The translations under genes were made by a program, and so were the position numbers. The notes beneath the pieces are model-generated. The model was not told the DNA's origin. It did not search any database and saw only the letters and a program-made list of their open reading frames with translations. Positions 57,805 through 64,000 of a stretch of DNA of 64,000 bases are shown here, piece by piece (the first letter of the stretch is position 1; each line of letters starts with the position of its first letter). Where the stretch lies: positions 1 to 64,000 of the IMG/VR virus record IMGVR_UViG_3300001589_000003; one strand, written 5' to 3'. Origin of the DNA: a virus.

Positions 57805-58361
57805 CTATAACCTCCTGTCTTTTTTCTACGTCCTGCTATACAACTACCTATATTTTGTCTTGAACAATTGTTATCTTCAGCTCCTTCTCTTGCTGTTGGG
57901 TAGTATTTTCTATTACCTTCCCCATCTACCCTGTAAAGTCCTTTAGCATTGGGTGAGTTCTCCCCTCTCAACAATTTGTGAGCTTCTGATAACTTCTTCC
58001 TGTGTGATAAAGAGAAATTAGCACCCTTCATGGTCAATGACATGTTCTTTGACCTGTCTCTGTAAGTAGTGTTCACTAAGTCAAACCCAAGTTCTACCAT
58101 CCAATCAATCCAAGTATTTTCAGCTTTAAGCTTTTTGGACTCAGGTACAATATCCAATAGTTCAATCGTTGGCTCCTCACCCAAGGAGTTCAACCATACT
58201 ACTCTCTTATTAGTTTTTCTACCTTTACCACCCTTAAATGACTTAGCTTCTTTCATATGCCTACTTAACCTATGTTTTAAAGATTCCCCAGTTTGCCCAA
58301 CATACCTAGGTAAAAAGGTTATTGGGTCTTTCAATACATATATTCTAACAATATCTTCCAT
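57789..58361 (-). CDS. Free-standing GIY-YIG homing endonuclease with NUMOD3/NUMOD1-like C-terminus
   Basis: RIYVLKDP...RYVGQT...RLSRH; HRKKLSEAH; IGSCIAGRRKKTGGYRW. Confidence 0.9.
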   Translation of the reverse strand: MEDIVRIYVLKDPITFLPRYVGQTGESLKHRLSRHMKEAKSFKGGKGRKTNKRVVWLNSLGEEPTIELLDIVPESKKLKAENTWIDWMVELGFDLVNTTYRDRSKNMSLTMKGANFSLSHRKKLSEAHKLLRGENSPNAKGLYRVDGEGNRKYYPTAREGAEDNNCSRQNIGSCIAGRRKKTGGYRWVRH

Positions 58362-58396
58362 GACTAGTATAACAGATTAATTTATTATACTAGTCA
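58361..58396 (-). promoter_or_regulatory. Hairpin covering the GIY-YIG translation start
   Basis: Perfect 12-bp TGACTAGTATAA/TTATACTAGTCA. Confidence 0.7.
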
Positions 58397-58408
58397 ATTA
58401 GTATTGTC

Positions 58409-58561
58409 TTATTTTTCATGAGTACTGGTTATTATTACTTTACCCAAACCTTTTATTGTGGGCATGGTTGATTTCCAAATATTTCTTACCCGCTTTATTT
58501 CTCCTACACTAGGTTCTTCGTGATCCCCATTGATATTTACCGTACCTTTATAGCTATTCAT
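58409..58561 (-). CDS. 50-aa ORF with TerL-like motif (unlisted)
   Basis: Manual translation MNSYKGTVNINGDHEEPSVGEIKRVRNIWKSTMPTIKGLGKVIITSTHEK; start overlaps recA stop. Confidence 0.45.
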   Translation of the reverse strand: MNSYKGTVNINGDHEEPSVGEIKRVRNIWKSTMPTIKGLGKVIITSTHEK

Positions 58562-59681
58562 CATCTGATTGAGTTTTACCTACATTCACTGGATATAAAT
58601 TTCTAGTCAGTGCGTCTATCTTTTCCTGAGTTTTAGAGATGGTATTAATACCAGACTTTTTAATCAAAGCTTTTCTCATCTTCTTGTTCTCTATTAGCTT
58701 TCTTAAAAAATCATCCTCTCCATTAGCTATACTTTTACCCTTGTATTTGTAGTGTGACCCACCTTTAGTAACAACCCCTAGTTCCTGTAGTATCTCTGGT
58801 AACCCATGATACCTGGAGAATCCTACGTAGCCATATATATCATCTCTAAAGTATACCTGAGTTTTGATGTTCTCCTTTGGAGGAGCAACCTTGTTCTTAG
58901 GTATAGTTAAGTAGATGTTCTGGCCCATCTTCTTTCCCTTCTTATCATCTTTGAACTTACCATCTACCATTTTACCTTTGATTTGCTTTGATCTAATAAG
59001 ACCAACCCTCTGTGATGCATAAAATCTAGTAGCCTTACCACCTGGTGTGATATCAGATGCTTCATATATTGAGGCACCTACCTTATCTCTTACCTGATTC
59101 ACCATTATTACTACCACCCCATACTCTTTATAAAAGAAGGACCTCTCTCTATACATACGGTAGATAGCTTTAGCCCTGTTGCCCATTTGAGATTTACTAC
59201 CCATGGCATCCGCACCTATATTCTCTTCACAATCAAGTGCTGCAATAGAATCACAGACTACTACTATAGGTTCATTGTTAGTGAGCTTTGATCTCCAGTA
59301 TATTATTTGATCCCTGTGCCAATCGGAATACTCTTCTACTGTATTGGAGGTTAGTACTTCAGCTAAAGATGGGTCAACCCCATTCTGTCTTATCCAATGG
59401 GGTGTCCACGCAAATTCTGCATCACCCCATAACACTCTACCTCCTAATGCTTGAGCTGCATAACAAAAGTCTAAGGCTAATAAAGATTTACCTGTCGACT
59501 CGAATCCAAATAACTCCATCATCTTACCGTAGGGTATACCTCCTCCTAACTGCCAGTTTAAGGCTAAGCTCCTAGATGGAAGCCATAAATCCTCTTCATC
59601 AGGTAGGGTAATCTCACCTGATGAAGAGTTTACGTATTTTTTATCCAGAGCAGAAGGTGATAGTAATTTTAGTTTTGCCAT
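58554..59681 (-). CDS. recA: RecA/UvsX recombinase
   Basis: LGGGIPYG, GFESTGKS, VCDSIAAL, NQVRDKVG, TPGGKATRFYASQR, KNKVAPP. Confidence 0.95.
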   Translation of the reverse strand: MAKLKLLSPSALDKKYVNSSSGEITLPDEEDLWLPSRSLALNWQLGGGIPYGKMMELFGFESTGKSLLALDFCYAAQALGGRVLWGDAEFAWTPHWIRQNGVDPSLAEVLTSNTVEEYSDWHRDQIIYWRSKLTNNEPIVVVCDSIAALDCEENIGADAMGSKSQMGNRAKAIYRMYRERSFFYKEYGVVVIMVNQVRDKVGASIYEASDITPGGKATRFYASQRVGLIRSKQIKGKMVDGKFKDDKKGKKMGQNIYLTIPKNKVAPPKENIKTQVYFRDDIYGYVGFSRYHGLPEILQELGVVTKGGSHYKYKGKSIANGEDDFLRKLIENKKMRKALIKKSGINTISKTQEKIDALTRNLYPVNVGKTQSDDE

Positions 59682-59690
59682 GTTTGTTTT

Positions 59691-60481
59691 TTAAAATGGT
59701 AAATCGTCTGAATCATTATCAGGCTTTACTTTTTTTTACCTTTCTTGTCCTTTTTCTTTTCAGGCTTCTCTTCTTTCTCCTTTTTGTTCTTGTCTTTCTT
59801 ACCTTTCTTTTTCTTAGGCTTATCCTCTGGACTGATGTTCAAAAAGTTATTAAGTATAGTCTCTGCCTCTTCCTCTGTCTTAACATCCTTTCTTACCATT
59901 GCCTCAACATCCCAAATTTTATTGTACTCCTTATCTAATTTAGTAGGTTTACATGGAACTACTGAATACTCTGTGTCCATCATTGTTGAACCAGTCCTAG
60001 TTATCTTTAGGTCATACCCATTTTTAGGGTGAGTGAAGTCTCCCTGTTCCTCATCCAAGAAATAATCAATTAAGTTCTGAGCTGTACCTGATGTTAGAAG
60101 TAATAGCTTACCAGATTTTTGTTTGTTGATCTTCTTACCTTTTAGATCATCGAATAACACTACTGGAATAACATACTTCTTCTTCGGCTTTAATTTCTTA
60201 GCAAGGTCTTGGTCATCATCATCACCCTTCTTTAGTTTCTCGTACATATCTATAATGGGGCATGGTTCTCCAAAAGTTGCTGCCGATATAACTCCCTTAA
60301 CATCACCTCCAAAATAGAACTGAGTTACCTCCAACCCAAATTCTTCTGACTCATCTACAGGTAGAGGTCTAACTCTAATTGTTTCGTCTGCCTTAATAAA
60401 GATCATGTTACCTCCCTCTGATCTGTCTTTCATCGCCTTCTTACGGGCTTTCATTTTTTCTTTTCTGTTCAAATCTGACAT
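59691..60481 (-). CDS. Single-stranded DNA-binding protein (gp32-like); in-frame stop at 59726, DDLPF tail in -1 frame ending 59691
   Basis: IRVRPLP...GEPCPI...GYDLKITRTG...TEYSV; located between recA and uvsY-like genes. Confidence 0.8.
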
Positions 60482-60499
60482 CTAGTTTTAATTTATGGT

Positions 60500-60946
60500 T
60501 TAACGTTCATTTCTAATGTTTGCTGATATGGTTTGTAGTAAGTCCTTTCGTATTTCAAATGATCTTACACAAACCTCAAGTAAATCTTTAAGTTCTTCAA
60601 GCTCTAGGACACTGCGTTCCATTGACTTCACCTTTTTATCCTTTGTCACCAAGTAAGCCTCTGCCTCCTTTAATGATGTATACCCTTTGTTCTTCTTAAC
60701 AATGGGTATCATTCTAGTTTTCTTAGCTGATAGTTTTTTGTGGAGTTCCTTATGTTTTATAAGTATCTTCTTATGAAGCATAGCTACAAATGCATAACTT
60801 GTAGCATGGTTCTTCAATTGCTTTATCATGTTTTCTTTGTCTATCTTTAACTCTTTATAGACATTGAATTCAAAGACCTCACCATTATAAGAGACCTTAA
60901 TCTCCATAACTTTTGAGGTCTCTGCATACTTATATAAATTACCCAT
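60500..60946 (-). CDS. UvsY-like recombination mediator
   Basis: Helical; ELKIDK...SFEIRKDLLQTISANIR; synteny with SSB and RecA. Confidence 0.6.
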   Translation of the reverse strand: MGNLYKYAETSKVMEIKVSYNGEVFEFNVYKELKIDKENMIKQLKNHATSYAFVAMLHKKILIKHKELHKKLSAKKTRMIPIVKKNKGYTSLKEAEAYLVTKDKKVKSMERSVLELEELKDLLEVCVRSFEIRKDLLQTISANIRNER

Positions 60947-61563
60947 TAACCTAATATGTTTATTATTTTATTCTTTCTATCATCCAATAGTAATGGGGTA
61001 ATTAAATGTATTTTAGTATTACTATTCACCCTACTCATTTCTGCTTGAAACTGGTAATGATATAGGGAAAAAATATGGGTCACCATGTGTTGATAAACTT
61101 GAGAAGTTAACCTTGAACCATTATCTTCCACAAAATCAAACATAAAGGGTACTACAAATATGTGATCCAGTGGTATCATAGCTTGAATACAAGCTTCATA
61201 AAAATCATGGTTTATTCCATCATTTTGATACAACCCAGCTTGTAACATATAATATACAAAGTTATCTATTGGGCTTCTATCAGTAACAAACACTTGGTTG
61301 TCCTTTATAAGCTCTGACCTTCTGGTTAGTATCATTCTTTGCAACTCATATCCAAATTCTGGGTTATTGTGAGACTCCTTTATTACTTTAGCATGACCTT
61401 CCCGCCCTTCAACCCCAAACCTACTAGCTAGGTATTCTCTGTCGTCATCAGTTTTTAAATCCCCAGATGAACCAGACAAATGGGGTAAATTATAATGTTC
61501 TGCAACCCATTTTACTAGGGTTGTCTTGCCTGAGCCGCTGGCTCCAGAAAATGCAACTTTCAT
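60946..61563 (-). CDS. P-loop nucleotide kinase-like ATPase (AAA_28/NadR-like)
   Basis: GASGSGKTT, FVTDRSPID, EDNGSR. Confidence 0.8.
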   Translation of the reverse strand: MKVAFSGASGSGKTTLVKWVAEHYNLPHLSGSSGDLKTDDDREYLASRFGVEGREGHAKVIKESHNNPEFGYELQRMILTRRSELIKDNQVFVTDRSPIDNFVYYMLQAGLYQNDGINHDFYEACIQAMIPLDHIFVVPFMFDFVEDNGSRLTSQVYQHMVTHIFSLYHYQFQAEMSRVNSNTKIHLITPLLLDDRKNKIINILG

Positions 61564-61578
61564 ATTATTATTATTATT

Positions 61579-63822
61579 TTAGTTTAACCATTTATTATAA
61601 TCCTCCTTTATACTATAACCTTCTAACCCTGCCCAGTGTTTACCAACCTCAGCACCCATCTTTAAAAATACCTTTTCCATCTTACAACCAAAGTACTTCT
61701 CTGATTCAGGGCTGGAGCATACCTCAACTATTTTAGGTACTGCTAAATGTATAAACTCTGGCTTAACATAGAAACCTATTGAATCATGCACTGTATATGC
61801 TTGAGGTTTATATTTTTCTATGTCAGTGAGTTTTAACTCACCCTTATTAACTAAATCTCTTAATGCTATGGATGATAGTTGAGTAAAGTCTGAGGCTGCA
61901 CTCTGAATAGGGGCATTGATTGAGTCCCTCATAGCCTTCCTTCTCACACCGTCATCATTGGAATATATGCTACCCAGCCTTCTCTTCCTACCAAAGATGT
62001 TCATAACATACCCATGTTTCATAACATATTTTTCTTGGTGTTTGAACCATGCTCTAACGCCTGGGTACATCTCCAACCATTCGTTCTTAAAAATTTGAGC
62101 CTCTTCTTTAGTTACTATGTCTCCTGGTTCTGATAGGGTTCCAGCAAGCATCTTCGCTGATTGTTGATAGAGTATACCAAAGTTTATAACTTTAGCTCTC
62201 TTCTTTAGTTTGGTCCAGTATAGCCAGTCTGGATGGTCTTTGTTATCCAGTATAACTTTAACCTCATTATACATATCAAGTTTGCCAACTGATTTGCAGG
62301 CAGTAGCAACATGGATGTTATATTTTCTAGCAAAGATGTCTATCATTGCTTGATCATTTGCTATCTCTGCTACTACCCTTAACTCAGCCTGACCATAATC
62401 TACCTCTAATATTAGATGGTCTTTGGGTGGTACAAATGCAGTCTTTATCAATGGGGTTGTGGTAGCTCTAGGAATGTTCTGCATATTTGGGTCCCTAGAT
62501 GATAACCTCCCAGTAACGGTGCCATGTATAAAGTAATTACCATGAAGTGTGTTGTGTTTTGTTAATTTATCTAAGATACCTACCATGTAAGTCGAGTGCA
62601 TCTTAGTTAACTCCCTATAGTCTAGTAGGTTCTGAATGAAACCAGTTTTATCTATAAGTCTTAGCTCTAATAAAACCTCTTCATCCGTGGAAGGTCTGTC
62701 CGTTTCTTGTTTAGTTTCCTTATCCTTGGTGTACTTTATAATCTTAAACCCTAACCCCTTCGGTGAGGTGAATAGGAGTTCTATCATTTGATTGGGTGAT
62801 GCAAAGTTTACATCATCTACTACTTCATTCTTTGAAACTAACTCCCCTGCTATATACCTACTTATCTTCTCATATCTATTCCTAACAGCCATATCCACAT
62901 TTTTCATGGGCTCTTTTCCAGGCTTCAAAGGTTTGCCTTTCTTTATTAGTTTTATCTCTTCTTTTGTTTTAGTTATTAGCTTCTCTATGTGAGACTGTAC
63001 TCTCCATTTCTGGAATTTCTTTATAACTTTTTCTTTCTTTAATAGGTCATGAGTTATAGCAATCTTTTTACCCTGTTCCTTTTCCACCTCGGCTAGATAG
63101 GGTTTATCTATCACCATCCCTACAAATTCTGATTCTGCTAGTACTCTAGTTTGCATCATGCACATGTTTCTAAATAGATCATAAAACTTGTGCTTCCAGA
63201 GTAGTCTCTCCAATACTAACATCAACCTTAAAGTTAAATCGCAATCCAGTACGCAATATTTTGATAAGGATTTTATAGGTATATTCCCCCACCCCTTATA
63301 CTTGGCTATCATACCATGTACTTCATCCTCATAGTCTGCAAACTCTGGTAGTAAAGATTTAACTAAGGATTTAAGATCACTAGGTGGTGTCTCTTCTAAA
63401 AGGTATTTAGCAAGCATTGCATCGAAGAGTCTACCTCTCATCCTAATACCATACCTTAAGAACCATTTGTATTCAAACTTTAAATTGAATGCCACCTTTA
63501 TAACATTTGCATTCTCACATATATGTTTTCCGAAATATTTTAGTATTTTCTTAGCCTCTTTTCTAGTAAAGCATGAGTCCTTATGAAATAGAGGTATAGC
63601 ATATCCAGCACCTGGTTGAAATGAAACTCCTAATATGGTAGGTTCATCTTTCTTGTATTGAAACCCCACTGGTTTCTTATCCCCTTTAGATGTCAAGGGT
63701 CCTTCTGGTCCTGTAGCTTTAGTTTCAAAGTCAATGGATGCATACCCAGTCTCTTTACACCAAGCTACTATCTGTCTTACCTCTTCAAAGGTAGATATTA
63801 TTTTATACCTCTTTTTACCCAT
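61579..63822 (-). CDS. polA: DNA polymerase family A with 3'-5' exonuclease
   Basis: IDFET, TGRLSSRDPNMQNIP, DYGQAELR, AKVINFGILY, TVHDS. Confidence 0.97.
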   Translation of the reverse strand: MGKKRYKIISTFEEVRQIVAWCKETGYASIDFETKATGPEGPLTSKGDKKPVGFQYKKDEPTILGVSFQPGAGYAIPLFHKDSCFTRKEAKKILKYFGKHICENANVIKVAFNLKFEYKWFLRYGIRMRGRLFDAMLAKYLLEETPPSDLKSLVKSLLPEFADYEDEVHGMIAKYKGWGNIPIKSLSKYCVLDCDLTLRLMLVLERLLWKHKFYDLFRNMCMMQTRVLAESEFVGMVIDKPYLAEVEKEQGKKIAITHDLLKKEKVIKKFQKWRVQSHIEKLITKTKEEIKLIKKGKPLKPGKEPMKNVDMAVRNRYEKISRYIAGELVSKNEVVDDVNFASPNQMIELLFTSPKGLGFKIIKYTKDKETKQETDRPSTDEEVLLELRLIDKTGFIQNLLDYRELTKMHSTYMVGILDKLTKHNTLHGNYFIHGTVTGRLSSRDPNMQNIPRATTTPLIKTAFVPPKDHLILEVDYGQAELRVVAEIANDQAMIDIFARKYNIHVATACKSVGKLDMYNEVKVILDNKDHPDWLYWTKLKKRAKVINFGILYQQSAKMLAGTLSEPGDIVTKEEAQIFKNEWLEMYPGVRAWFKHQEKYVMKHGYVMNIFGRKRRLGSIYSNDDGVRRKAMRDSINAPIQSAASDFTQLSSIALRDLVNKGELKLTDIEKYKPQAYTVHDSIGFYVKPEFIHLAVPKIVEVCSSPESEKYFGCKMEKVFLKMGAEVGKHWAGLEGYSIKEDYNKWLN

Positions 63823-64000
63823 ATTTTTTTACATCTACTCCTGCTCTAAGTAACACTTTTAAAGGCTCTGTATCTCTGAACTCTTCTGAGTATTCTACAA
63901 CCTTTATCCCAGATTGAATTATTGCCTCTGCACATTTTATACATGGGCTGTGTGTACAGTATATTGTTGCCCCTTGTAGTTTTATACCATTCTTTGCAGC
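63815..64000 (-). CDS. dCMP deaminase (5'-truncated by window edge)
   Basis: Manual translation AAKNGIKLQGATIYCTHSPCIKCAEAIIQSGIK (PCxxC zinc motif). Confidence 0.9.
   Translation of the reverse strand, partial: AAKNGIKLQGATIYCTHSPCIKCAEAIIQSGIKVVEYSEEFRDTEPLKVLLRAGVDVKKYG

Noticed and set aside
57789-58420. Group I intron around the GIY-YIG gene
   Set aside because: No room for or sign of P/Q/R/S core elements; endonuclease stop overlaps the exonuclease start
33446-63849. Plus-strand ORFs in the early/replication region
   Set aside because: Antisense to well-supported genes; Ser/Phe/Leu-rich mirror translations
1-64000. Stop-codon reassignment, DGR/retron, integrase, tailocin/eCIS interpretation
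   Set aside because: Genes are full-length in the standard code with TAA, TAG and TGA all used as stops; no reverse transcriptase or integrase seen; capsid, portal and terminase show a true phage

Overview
64 kb of an AT-rich lytic myovirus-type (contractile-tail) dsDNA phage genome, almost certainly infecting Bacteroidota (TTTG-N19-TAnnTTTG promoters, A-rich starts without Shine-Dalgarno, Hc1-like histone gene). 1-28.0 kb (minus strand): late operon with tail fibre, baseplate, tape measure, frameshifted tail chaperone, tube, sheath, neck, capsid, protease, portal, intein-containing TerL, lysis cassette and a divergent C5 DNA methyltransferase at its head. 28.1-32.6 kb (plus): small accessory genes, a degenerate tRNA and an attC-like site. 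32.6-50.6 kb (minus): early/accessory genes in promoter-terminator modules, including a probable TerS. 50.6-64 kb (minus): transcription regulators and replication/recombination genes (sigma4-HTH, NusG-like, HJ resolvase, SbcCD, 5'-3' exonuclease, RecA, SSB, PolA, dCMP deaminase) with two free-standing homing endonucleases. The most striking unexplained signal is a sharply bounded 770-bp island (32509-33278) next to terS with no AC or GT dinucleotide at all and GC almost only where an Ala/Cys codon forces it, i.e. purine-C (RC/GY) is purged on both strands; its two genes encode no Thr or Val. Host-type promoters elsewhere show a similar local purge. Together with the late-expressed C5 methyltransferase this suggests an undescribed scheme (methylate RC genome-wide, keep the entry/early DNA RC-free); this is inference, not shown. 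Second highlight: the canonical SSB DDLPF tip sits in the -1 frame behind an A_AAA_AAG slippery site. All functional calls are from motif recognition by eye; no database searches were run.
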